In this document: positions 16,177-23,594 of the stretch, piece by piece
Position numbering within the stretch: position 1 is the first letter of the stretch
Layout of the letters: every line of letters begins with the position of its first letter
Origin: a virus
Lineage: Duplodnaviria > Caudoviricetes
Length of the DNA: 52,086 nucleotides
Virus record (IMG/VR): IMGVR_UViG_3300027362_000002
Coordinates: 1 to 52,086 of that record
Direction: 5' to 3' (one strand)
Position numbers and translations under genes: made by a program
Notes under the pieces: model-generated
What the model was told of the DNA's origin: nothing
The model's database searches: none
Seen by the model: only the letters and a program-made list of their open reading frames with translations

Positions 16177-16364
16177 TGCTCGGGCCAGTTCACTCGCCGG
16201 TTGATAACGCCCCCATTAGGCTTCGGTAGAGTTATCCAACACATCGACACAGGGAGTGGCGCGAGCTTGTATTCGTACAAGCATCTACCGTCACCGCTCG
16301 GGTGCAGGTTTCCGTTCTTGCTCATCTTCCAGGCGGCGTTCTTGCATCCAACACAAGTTTTCAT
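16152..16364 (-). CDS. Small Cys-rich protein
   Basis: CxxC...C...C pattern. Confidence 0.55.
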   Translation of the reverse strand: MKTCVGCKNAAWKMSKNGNLHPSGDGRCLYEYKLAPLPVSMCWITLPKPNGGVINRRVNWPEHCVYWTRA

Positions 16365-16405
16365 GCTGTCAGCGTACACTCTATGAGAGACATTGGAATA
16401 GGGGT

Positions 16406-16660
16406 TTACACCGAGATTCCGATAGACGCCAACTTCTCGCGCGCATACCGGATATTCTCAGTTCGCCATCCCGGACAAAACGGGCGCTCGTGCATCTCGC
16501 CATCGGTCCATACGTCGCCGCAACCAGCGCATGTCCAAGTCGTTCCATACCATTCCTGGAACTGGCCGAGCATGCGTCTTGGCCGGTCACAAGTCGGGCA
16601 GTGATTGACAGCGCAGAAGGTCTCGCTGTATCGTGTCCAATTGATGTGGATATGAGTCAT
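16406..16660 (-). CDS. Zinc-ribbon protein
   Basis: CPTC...CAGCGD. Confidence 0.65.
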   Translation of the reverse strand: MTHIHINWTRYSETFCAVNHCPTCDRPRRMLGQFQEWYGTTWTCAGCGDVWTDGEMHERPFCPGWRTENIRYAREKLASIGISV

Positions 16661-17045
16661 GCGCAGAGCTTCCAGGTTAGACGGCAATCACGCAGAGATA
16701 GTCGATGCGTTGCGCAAGATCGGGGCTAGTATTCTTGATCTCTCTCGGGTTGGACAAGGATGCCCAGATCTTCTGTGCGGGATGCGCGGTCGAAACTGGC
16801 TTCTGGAAGTGAAGGACGGGTCAAAATCTCCATCAGCTCGCCAACTGACGGACCAACAGTCTGACTTTCGGGCGAAGTGGCGCGGTCATTGGGCCGTGGT
16901 TCGCTCGCCTGAAGAGGCAATCGAGGTAGTAACGCGGGGTTCACCAGATCCATCAATGCACGCACCAGACCCCCGGCCCCTAGTGGGTGAACGACCATTA
17001 GGTCTCGATGTCTACGAGACACCCTCACCGAGACAGTTACTGTAG
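16659..17045 (+). CDS. VRR-NUC-type PD-(D/E)XK nuclease (resolvase-like)
   Basis: D.NH.EIV.ALR..G, G.GCPDLL, LLEVK, LT..Q..F...W.G, VVRS.EEA. Confidence 0.85.
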   Translation: MRRASRLDGNHAEIVDALRKIGASILDLSRVGQGCPDLLCGMRGRNWLLEVKDGSKSPSARQLTDQQSDFRAKWRGHWAVVRSPEEAIEVVTRGSPDPSMHAPDPRPLVGERPLGLDVYETPSPRQLL

Positions 17046-17082
17046 ATTCGCCTGCTGTCAGTGGTTTGCGTGGCATGTCCAT
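16726..17082 (-). CDS. Putative ribbon-helix-helix DNA-binding protein
   Basis: MPRKPL...TVTVSVRVS...G...VRALMD; its 3' part is antisense to the nuclease gene. Confidence 0.45.
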   Translation of the reverse strand: MDMPRKPLTAGESTVTVSVRVSRRHRDLMVVHPLGAGGLVRALMDLVNPALLPRLPLQASEPRPNDRATSPESQTVGPSVGELMEILTRPSLPEASFDRASRTEDLGILVQPERDQEY

Positions 17083-17293
17083 TCCTTCAGCCAATCGACG
17101 CCCATCTGTTCGATGTTCCGCGCCGCCATCTCGCACGCATCCAGCCTGCCATAGTTGACAGCCATACAGACGCGCTCCCCGCCCGTGGCATAGCCGGCCT
17201 TGTAATACCGCCCGTCGTACCAGCATACAGCCCGCAGGCCACGGTGAGCGGCGGCACGGGCCAGATCAGCGGTCGGCGGCAGTTCGTGTGATT

Positions 17294-17503
17294 TCACGCA
17301 ACCCGCCACACTCGACGGCCGTTGCTCGTAGATACGCAGCGTATCCGTATTTTCGCCGCCGATGCCTGTACCCGGACCGTATTTACTGCTGAGGTAGTGA
17401 AAAATGAGTCGCCAACTTTCATCTCAGCCATTTGTTCAGGAATAGATGGTCCCCGCTTTTCCTTCGCAGGAATCGGAATATCACTTACGATCTTCAGTTT
17501 CAT
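17294..17503 (-). CDS. Small basic phage protein
   Basis: IPIP...M.VGDSF...G.RVWR motif; GGAG RBS. Confidence 0.65.
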   Translation of the reverse strand: MKLKIVSDIPIPAKEKRGPSIPEQMAEMKVGDSFFTTSAVNTVRVQASAAKIRIRCVSTSNGRRVWRVA

Positions 17504-17540
17504 ACGTTCTCCACTCAAGTTAAATGTAGGTCGAGCGATT

Positions 17541-17735
17541 TCACGGTGACAGCACACGATCTATCGCGCGCCTCAAGTCAAGTTCCTCAGTGTCGAACCA
17601 CGTCGTGCGCCTATCTCTTAGGTCGTTCAGGATGTCTCGCCAACTGGCGGTGCCTGTCATCACATAATTCGAGTACGCTTGGCGTAGCTCATCGTTTGAT
17701 GGCTGTTCAGTCCTCATGCCGTAATCGTAGTGCAT
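17541..17735 (-). CDS. Hypothetical protein, first gene of the leftward block
   Basis: ORF adjacent to the divergent control region; start uncertain. Confidence 0.45.
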   Translation of the reverse strand: MHYDYGMRTEQPSNDELRQAYSNYVMTGTASWRDILNDLRDRRTTWFDTEELDLRRAIDRVLSP

Positions 17736-17777
17736 AAAAAACACTTCGTCATTCGGGTAAACCCTAACAAAAACCCC

Positions 17778-17806
17778 TTGCGCTATGCTTTTTCTTGGAG
17801 TAGAGT
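17778..17806 (+). promoter_or_regulatory. Sigma70-like promoter
   Basis: TTGCGC-N17-TAGAGT, 11 bp downstream of a GGGTAAACCCTA motif. Confidence 0.55.
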
Positions 17807-17812
17807 CTCTCT

Positions 17813-18240
17813 TGTCAGATCGGCAGTCTGATGTATGCATTGCTAAGCTCGATATGTTTAGATCGGGCATGTTTGGAAGGACGTGTACTAGCAATGCGCA
17901 CGCCCGACTGCCCATGCCAGGGACTTGCCCGATCTAAGCGGTCGAGCTTTTCTTTTTGGTGCTGACTGGATGCAGGTAGACCGCTCGCAAGGCCGCCGTA
18001 ACTGCATCGAGGGACAACGGGGGAACCTTCCCAAGTCAAACCGAGATGAGTGACCCGCGAGGGTCTCAAGGGATCGGTAGAAGGGTCGTCGCAATGACGA
18101 ATAACCCTTGAGTCGAGCACGCATTGCGTGATGCTCGGGCCATTGACGTACCGTGGGCTGGCTCCGTTACTGATAGGCACTCACTTAACCGTGTCACGCG
18201 GTTAGGTGAGTATTTGCCAAAAACCCCCGGAACTCCACCA
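17813..18240 (+). ncRNA. Candidate structured leader / ncRNA
   Basis: Long stem 17845-17869 with 17926-17949 followed by a U tract; several hairpins with GCAA/GCGA tetraloops; no convincing ORF. Confidence 0.55.
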
Positions 18241-18284
18241 CCCTGATAGCCACTGAACCAGTAACTCTTCCAGAGCTTAGGCAA

Positions 18285-18479
18285 GTGTACCAAGTACAGA
18301 TCGATCTATGGTTACAGCCATTGTTCGTTCCTCCGAGAAGGCCGAAACCAGAGCACACTACTCAATGCAAAGACTTCTCATTACCGTGCTGCGACTGCCA
18401 AACTCCACCGTGGGAAGAGTGCGAGCACACGATAGGTGTAAACCCTACTTCACATGCTCTTGATGAGCGAGTACAGTGA
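18285..18479 (+). CDS. Possible small Cys-rich protein
   Basis: CCDC...CEH pattern; GTG start with a weak RBS. Confidence 0.35.
   Translation: MYQVQIDLWLQPLFVPPRRPKPEHTTQCKDFSLPCCDCQTPPWEECEHTIGVNPTSHALDERVQ
18449..18477 (+). promoter_or_regulatory. Sigma70-like promoter for the ncRNA array
   Basis: TTCACA-N17-TACAGT next to TAGGTGTAAACCCTA; the predicted start coincides with the first stem. Confidence 0.55.
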
Positions 18480-18480
18480 C

Positions 18481-18933
18481 TGACGAGTGCTTTGATGGTG
18501 GCGAATTGCACAAGCTGGGTGCCTCTATGCAAGGCGAGGCAGGTAGGATTGCGGGGAGGATTGAGGGGTGCGTGGGAAACTGCCGACACGTTTCAATCGC
18601 CCGAAGAGCCTGCTCCTGGGATCAGCTCCAGGACGCCACCTTCAAAGCATTTCACGAGAGTAAAGTGAGCTGACGAGTGTTTTGTGGTGTTGTCCTCGTT
18701 CAAGACCTTAGCGGGTCTGAACATTGTCCTAGTAAAGCTCTGGTTGATCGCGGAGTCGAACGGGTAGCAAAGACAGCACCACAAAGTATTGCTCGAGTTG
18801 ACGAGTGTTTTGATGGTAGGCCGAGAGTCAGCTTAACCCTTGGCGCGGCATGGCGCTGTGGCTGAAGAGTGGGGCAGAATCATGTCGGTTGCCTCTCAGA
18901 TAGGCGCAAGGAACGGCCTACCTTCAAAGCACT
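18481..18933 (+). ncRNA. Array of three stem-closed RNA cassettes
   Basis: TGACGAGTGYTTTG(A)TGGT at 18481, 18671 and 18799; each 5' arm pairs over about 19-20 bp with its own 3' arm (18634-18652, 18772-18790, 18914-18933). Confidence 0.7.
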
Positions 18934-19131
18934 ACACGTTGATCGCCGAAGAGGCAGGGCCGCTCGGAATTGGTGTGTGCTTAGGTGCCATTAACGCGCC
19001 AGACATCTGTGAACATATCCTCTTGTCTGGAAAAGGGACGCGGCCCTAGGCAACCGAAACACCAGCAACGGTGCCGCGCTGATGACATGCGCGCCGGATT
19101 AGGTAACCGGCACCAACAATAGAGGTGGCGT

Positions 19132-19332
19132 ATGAAATCGAAAGTCACGCAATCATCAGAATCAGAATCGACGATGGGTCGGTGGAACATGAAAAACAAG
19201 AAACAGCCAGACGGGCATCGTAAGGCCCCGGCTAACGGCAGGGCTAAAGTCTATGTTGCAATCCCACCTCCTACGGGATGGCCTGGAGGCTCGCCTGAAG
19301 ATAATGGTTGGAAAGGCACATTCACCAAGTAG
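19132..19332 (+). CDS. Hypothetical protein
   Basis: GAGG RBS before ATG 19132. Confidence 0.4.
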   Translation: MKSKVTQSSESESTMGRWNMKNKKQPDGHRKAPANGRAKVYVAIPPPTGWPGGSPEDNGWKGTFTK

Positions 19333-19355
19333 GATCGCATTTCGAGGACTGTCGC

Positions 19356-19709
19356 ATGACACCATCTTGGCTTGACTCCGACGCATGGGACGCATTCGTC
19401 GAGGTCAGACGCAAGAAAGGACATCACGCACCACTAACCGACACCGCAAAGAAGCGAATACTGATCAAACTCGCAAGGGCGCACGCCGATGGGTATGATG
19501 CCACTGAAATACTGTGGCAGACCGTCGAAGCCGGCTGGTCATCGGTCTACGTCAACGAGCGCTCCCCGAGGCGCCAGGAACGTCAAGAATCCACGAACGA
19601 ATACCTGCAAAGGGTAGCTGACCAAGTGGCCCAGGAAAGGGCGCTACGGGCGCCTATTCCTGATGCGGTGCGTGCTCAGTTGCAGAGCTTGAGGGTTATT
19701 GGGAAGTAG
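19356..19709 (+). CDS. Short protein resembling the C-terminal domain of phage replication initiators
   Basis: W.AF.E.R.K...PLT..A...L..L....G.D..E.....V..GW..VY; GAGGA RBS. Confidence 0.6.
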   Translation: MTPSWLDSDAWDAFVEVRRKKGHHAPLTDTAKKRILIKLARAHADGYDATEILWQTVEAGWSSVYVNERSPRRQERQESTNEYLQRVADQVAQERALRAPIPDAVRAQLQSLRVIGK

Positions 19710-19923
19710 TTTTAGCGAGTGCCGCTCGCGCTTCGTCTGTTTTGATGTTCGGCGCAAATGCTTCGCAGGCGCAGCACAGCCAATCCAGATGCCTCGCAAG
19801 TTCCAAATTGATAGCGCGAAGGCTGTCTCGCTGACGTTCTAATTCTCGGTTAGTCCATTCAAGATTGGCTCTTGAAGCATTTACAACGTCGTTGATGGAT
19901 ATTTTGAGCGGGTAGAATCTCAT
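19696..19923 (-). CDS. Hypothetical protein
   Basis: GGAG RBS; ends ARAALAK, a common phage motif. Confidence 0.6.
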   Translation of the reverse strand: MRFYPLKISINDVVNASRANLEWTNRELERQRDSLRAINLELARHLDWLCCACEAFAPNIKTDEARAALAKTTSQ

Positions 19924-19927
19924 CGCA

Positions 19928-20128
19928 TCACTCCATGTCGATCAGTTTTTGCATCTTGTCCAGCCACAACCGATCGTCGTATGAAGGACTGTATTTCTGC
20001 GACAATGTGTCGTGGACCTCGATCAGCATGGCGCGTAGTTCGGCATTGATGGCGCGCAGTCGGTCTCGTTCGTCGATGCAGACTGCAAGTCGCTCGGCGT
20101 CGCTTGCTTCTGGTGGAAGATGGTTCAT
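19928..20128 (-). CDS. Hypothetical protein
   Basis: Shares RD.LRAIN.EL with the downstream ORF. Confidence 0.55.
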   Translation of the reverse strand: MNHLPPEASDAERLAVCIDERDRLRAINAELRAMLIEVHDTLSQKYSPSYDDRLWLDKMQKLIDME

Positions 20129-20196
20129 TGCTTCACCCCTTCGAGTAGTGCCTGATCGGCACATTGAACCCGGCGGCACCGGGTCGGATGTGACGA

Positions 20197-20412
20197 CTAG
20201 ACTTGCATCGGCTCGATTGCGAACAGTGCAGCGTCCTCGACCGTGTACGTGCCATCGTCTGTGCACGAGTGGAAGATGTGATCATTCGAGCAAAGTTGCA
20301 CGAAGTCGTTTGCGGTTTTCCAATCGACAAACCGCAGGTGATCGTGATACAACCGACCTCGCAAGATGCCAGACTGAAAACGCTTTGAGTAGCAGACCTG
20401 GAAGCGGTACAT
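20197..20412 (-). CDS. Hypothetical protein
   Basis: AGGAG RBS upstream. Confidence 0.55.
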   Translation of the reverse strand: MYRFQVCYSKRFQSGILRGRLYHDHLRFVDWKTANDFVQLCSNDHIFHSCTDDGTYTVEDAALFAIEPMQV

Positions 20413-20487
20413 TGTTCAATCTCCTGATAGCTGGCAGCCCAAAAGCCCGCCTAAGCGAGCTTGTTTGGGGTAGACTGTGGTGGAGTC

Positions 20488-20742
20488 CTATTCCGGTTCC
20501 AAGTGTCCGGCCGGAGGCGTCCTATTCCAACCCGCGCAGCATGCCGTCATCGCCGCGTCGTCAGCTTCGTTCCAGGCGGCAACACCGCGCTCGTCGTAGG
20601 CGTCATCGTTCGACAGTGCGAGCACTTGAGCCGCGCAGTGCTCCGGCGTAAGAGCGTGGCGCTCGAATACATCAATTGCCGCAGCAACGCCACGCTCAAT
20701 TTCAGCGGTGCTTGCCCCGCTGTCGTAAATCCACAATGTCAT
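20488..20742 (-). CDS. Hypothetical protein
   Basis: AGGAG RBS; first gene after the leftward promoter. Confidence 0.7.
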   Translation of the reverse strand: MTLWIYDSGASTAEIERGVAAAIDVFERHALTPEHCAAQVLALSNDDAYDERGVAAWNEADDAAMTACCAGWNRTPPAGHLEPE

Positions 20743-20767
20743 CGTTATCTCCTAAGTGTCAGACTCA

Positions 20768-20795
20768 ATTATATGCGTTAAGCACGACGATTCAA
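20768..20795 (-). promoter_or_regulatory. Sigma70-like promoter
   Basis: TTGAAT-N16-TATAAT, 11 bp from TAGGTACAAACCCTA. Confidence 0.65.
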
Positions 20796-20834
20796 GCACA
20801 ATCTACTAGGTACAAACCCTAATGTCGAGACATT

Positions 20835-21026
20835 ATGAAACCTGAGCCCACGAGGCCGCTACTCATCAAACGCTACGGTGAGTGGCATGTATTCCTAGAT
20901 CGCCGAGGACTCAGGCCGTTCACGCTCGATCGCCCAGCCGGAACCGGAGCGACACCAGATCAAGCGTGGGTTGACGCATGCCGGCGCAACTCAGTTCCAA
21001 TCCAATCATGTCTAGACAAACGGTAG
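20835..21026 (+). CDS. Hypothetical protein
   Basis: 63-aa ORF before the Q-like gene. Confidence 0.45.
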   Translation: MKPEPTRPLLIKRYGEWHVFLDRRGLRPFTLDRPAGTGATPDQAWVDACRRNSVPIQSCLDKR

Positions 21027-21093
21027 AGGCTCTAGTGGTCGTGTGGCTCATAGCCGGCGCTTGCGCTGCGGTGTACCTGATCGTGTTTGCCTG

Positions 21094-21513
21094 ATGGCCA
21101 GAATCCAATGGGTCGATGTCCGCCTAACAAACTGGGCACGCTGGCGCATCGGTGGCCGTAGCGGTGGTCTCGGCTACAGCCACGTGAACCTAGATGTCCC
21201 GGTGGTTGATGGCAATGGCTACGATGCGCAGTCAATCATCCCGATCGACGATGCCGAGGCGTCGGTTACTGATTCTGCGATATCCGGGTTGCCGAGTGAG
21301 TTGCGGCGCACAGTCGAAGTCTGGTATCTCCACCCTGGATCTATAGCCACCAAGGGATTACTACTGGCGTGTGAACGGGTGACCATATACACGAGGCTCG
21401 ACAGGTCGGACAGGCTCATAGCTGCATGGTTAGGCGAGAGAAGCAGAATGCAGCAGGCTGAACGCGAGCGGGTAGAGAAACTCCAACGTGTTACAATTTT
21501 GTCTGCACATTAG
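21094..21513 (+). CDS. Q-like late antiterminator / activator
   Basis: RL.NWA.W...G.GY, D.AI..LP..LR......Y and a C-terminal HTH; immediately before the late operon. Confidence 0.75.
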   Translation: MARIQWVDVRLTNWARWRIGGRSGGLGYSHVNLDVPVVDGNGYDAQSIIPIDDAEASVTDSAISGLPSELRRTVEVWYLHPGSIATKGLLLACERVTIYTRLDRSDRLIAAWLGERSRMQQAERERVEKLQRVTILSAH

Positions 21514-21554
21514 ATGGTTTGTGTTATATTCCGCCAAATGTGTGTCATTCCGTC

Positions 21555-21728
21555 ATGTGGAACCTCACAGATTCAATCAAGAGTATCGAGGCAAAGCAGG
21601 ATCGAATCCTCGCCATGTTGACCACGCTGCTCAAATCTCTCGCCGATGAGGACGAGGAACATCTCTCGCTCACGCTCGACGGTGGTAACGCAGGTGCCGA
21701 GCGAGACCAGACGCAGAGTCTCGGCTGA
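21555..21728 (+). CDS. Hypothetical protein
   Basis: Its TGA overlaps the HNH ATG. Confidence 0.5.
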   Translation: MWNLTDSIKSIEAKQDRILAMLTTLLKSLADEDEEHLSLTLDGGNAGAERDQTQSLG

Positions 21729-22006
21729 TGCACACCACAGACAAGCGTATCCGTGGTCGCAGGCTACAGACCATCAGGGCAGAGCACTTCAGACTGCTCC
21801 CGCTGTGCGTGATGTGTCAGGCCGAGGGCCGAGTCAGGCTCGCACAGGTGATCGACCACAGAATAGCACTCGCAAATGGCGGCAAAGACGAGCCAGACAA
21901 TAGGCAAGGACTATGCGCCGAATGCCACGAAGTCAAGACAGCTATAGACTTAGGCTACCGTCAGCGCGTTCCCATCGGGGCAGACGGGTATCCAGTTGGC
22001 GGATAG
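21728..22006 (+). CDS. Packaging-associated HNH endonuclease (HK97 gp74-like)
   Basis: PLCVMC...IDHRIAL..GG.D...N.QGLC..CH..KT; upstream of terS. Confidence 0.88.
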   Translation: MHTTDKRIRGRRLQTIRAEHFRLLPLCVMCQAEGRVRLAQVIDHRIALANGGKDEPDNRQGLCAECHEVKTAIDLGYRQRVPIGADGYPVGG

Positions 22007-22048
22007 GGACGGCGGGGGGTGATCTTGGACTTTTCCACAAAGTTATGG

Positions 22049-22070
22049 GAAACCGGCCGCCAAACGTTTC
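22049..22070. other. Candidate cos site
   Basis: GGCCGCCAAA core flanked by GAAAC/GTTTC between HNH and terS, after a G run. This is the usual cos position in HK97-like phages. Confidence 0.55.
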
Positions 22071-22116
22071 TTCAAAAGTGCCCCGCCCATAGTTTTCACA
22101 TTGTGAAACGTTCAAC

Positions 22117-22521
22117 GTGAAACCCGGTCGAGTTTCCAGCGCTGCGCTGTCTGTCGTCGAGACTGACGTTACCGGCACGAGCAGGCCCCGGGCCCCTGCG
22201 GAGTTGACGCCAGAGCAGTCTCGGGAATGGGCTGTAGTCGTCAACCGGATGCCGGCCGATTGGTTCGGGGCCGAGACCTATCCGCTGCTGGTGCAATACT
22301 GCCGGCACGTAGTTTCGTCAGATCGGGTAGCGCAGCTCATTGCGGCGGCCGAAGCTGGTGATCAGTTCGATGTCCGAGAGTACGATCAACTGCTCAAGAT
22401 GCAGGAACGCGAGGGACGCGCGATGTCAGCGCTCGCTACTCGGATGAGGCTGACGCAGCAGACCACGTATGACAAGAGCAAGCGCAAACCGAGCGCCGCT
22501 AAACGGCCGTGGGAGGTTTAG
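22117..22521 (+). CDS. terS: Terminase small subunit
   Basis: P.AP.EL.....EW, LL..YC, A..LA..MRLT; correct position. Confidence 0.82.
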   Translation: MKPGRVSSAALSVVETDVTGTSRPRAPAELTPEQSREWAVVVNRMPADWFGAETYPLLVQYCRHVVSSDRVAQLIAAAEAGDQFDVREYDQLLKMQEREGRAMSALATRMRLTQQTTYDKSKRKPSAAKRPWEV

Positions 22522-23177
22522 GCTGCGCCCGCGATCGCCCGAAACGGGTTTGGGCGCTTGCCGCTTGGCTGAACGCTCACGAGTTCGTCGAACAAGCCGC
22601 GCGATTGAGAACGATTCTCGGTATCGATCTTTGCCCATATATCGTTGACCAGCGACTCGAAAAACGCTGTGGTCTGCTCGCACACCGAGATATCGAACGA
22701 CTCGATACGGTTATTCGGGTTCAGATTCATTGAGCTTCGGATGCACACGGCAAGTGTGTCGCCGCGGATCGTGGCGAACTTGGCATGACTGTTCACTGCC
22801 CGGAACGCATCGACGCCGAAGCCTTTAACTAGGATTGACGCAATCTCTGGCCGGCGCGAGAACATCGACGGGTCGAGAACGAACCGGATCGAGCGGATGA
22901 GTTTGTTGCGAATGAACTCGAACGAGCGCTCGGTGTCGTAGATGCCCATTGTCCAGGTTGCGATGCAAACGTCACTCGGGCCGCACTCGTTCAGCACGTG
23001 TTCGATCATGTCAACGAGACTGAACTGTCCGTTCGTGATGCCGCAGATTTCGTCGCCTGCGGTGATATGCCCGATCAGCGCGGCGGCGTTATCTGTGCCA
23101 CTCCGGCGAAATACCCGGCGCTTGGCCGTTGTCCGCATGACTTGTGATTGCACGGCGGTCGCTGGCAGCTTGTCCAT
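22518..23177 (-). CDS. Phospholipase D-like (Nuc-type) nuclease
   Basis: SHAKF...SSMNLNPN.RIE, a single HxK...SxN motif, plus IATWT. Confidence 0.75.
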   Translation of the reverse strand: MDKLPATAVQSQVMRTTAKRRVFRRSGTDNAAALIGHITAGDEICGITNGQFSLVDMIEHVLNECGPSDVCIATWTMGIYDTERSFEFIRNKLIRSIRFVLDPSMFSRRPEIASILVKGFGVDAFRAVNSHAKFATIRGDTLAVCIRSSMNLNPNNRIESFDISVCEQTTAFFESLVNDIWAKIDTENRSQSRGLFDELVSVQPSGKRPNPFRAIAGAA

Positions 23178-23178
23178 T

Positions 23179-23352
23179 TCAGATTTCCCTTTTCGGTCGT
23201 CCATGAGGTAGCGGCCCGATGCCCGCCAAGCGCAGCGCCCGGCGGACACTAGAGACTGCGACATCGTGGCGCTTGGCTGCTGCCGTCACAGTGGAGCCGT
23301 GCAGCACGAGGCGCACGGCGAGGGTTACGGCTTGGGATTGTCGGCCACTCAT
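23179..23352 (-). CDS. Small HTH protein, 57 aa (below ORF-track cutoff)
   Basis: MSGRQSQAVTLAVRLVLHGSTVTAAAKRHDVAVSSVRRALR. Confidence 0.7.
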   Translation of the reverse strand: MSGRQSQAVTLAVRLVLHGSTVTAAAKRHDVAVSSVRRALRLAGIGPLPHGRPKREI

Positions 23353-23358
23353 GGCGTC

Positions 23359-23532
23359 TCAAAGCGCAATCGTCACCGTGCGAAACACTTGGAATCCGCT
23401 TGCTGTGTTGCGCACGTAGCGCAGGGTCTTGCCGTTGCAGCTGAGATCTACCGTTACCCAACACTTTGCGTCACCGCTGATGCGGACTGATTGCCCGGGA
23501 TTCAGGCTGGCGATTCGTTGGCTGTTGGTCAT
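23359..23532 (-). CDS. Hypothetical 57-aa protein (below ORF-track cutoff)
   Basis: AAGGAG RBS; MTNSQRIASLNPGQSVRISGD... Confidence 0.7.
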   Translation of the reverse strand: MTNSQRIASLNPGQSVRISGDAKCWVTVDLSCNGKTLRYVRNTASGFQVFRTVTIAL

Positions 23533-23553
23533 TTGATCTCCTTGTGAGTATTA

Positions 23554-23582
23554 AATATAGCGCATGATGCGCGGATAGTCAA
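23554..23582 (-). promoter_or_regulatory. Sigma70 promoter with a palindromic operator in the spacer
   Basis: TTGACT-N17-TATATT; GCGCAT-N-ATGCGC at 23560-23572. Confidence 0.75.
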
Positions 23583-23594
23583 GGATTATTTTCG

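Noticed and set aside
18697-18722. tRNA T-loop-like GTTCAAGAC
   Set aside because: No cloverleaf, acceptor stem or anticodon arm; the bases form part of another hairpin.
18481-18933. CRISPR or TIGR-type array
   Set aside because: Spacing is irregular (190 and 128 bp), each repeat pairs with a distant arm, and no Cas or Nop-domain gene is present.
18945-18955. Lambda boxB-like GCC-GAAGA-GGC
   Set aside because: Only a 3-bp stem, no boxA and no N-like gene recognised.
19054-19095. Hammerhead ribozyme (CGAAAC ... CTGATGA)
   Set aside because: Stem III lacks the required UH cleavage triplet (GCC is present) and stems I and II cannot be formed in the proper order.
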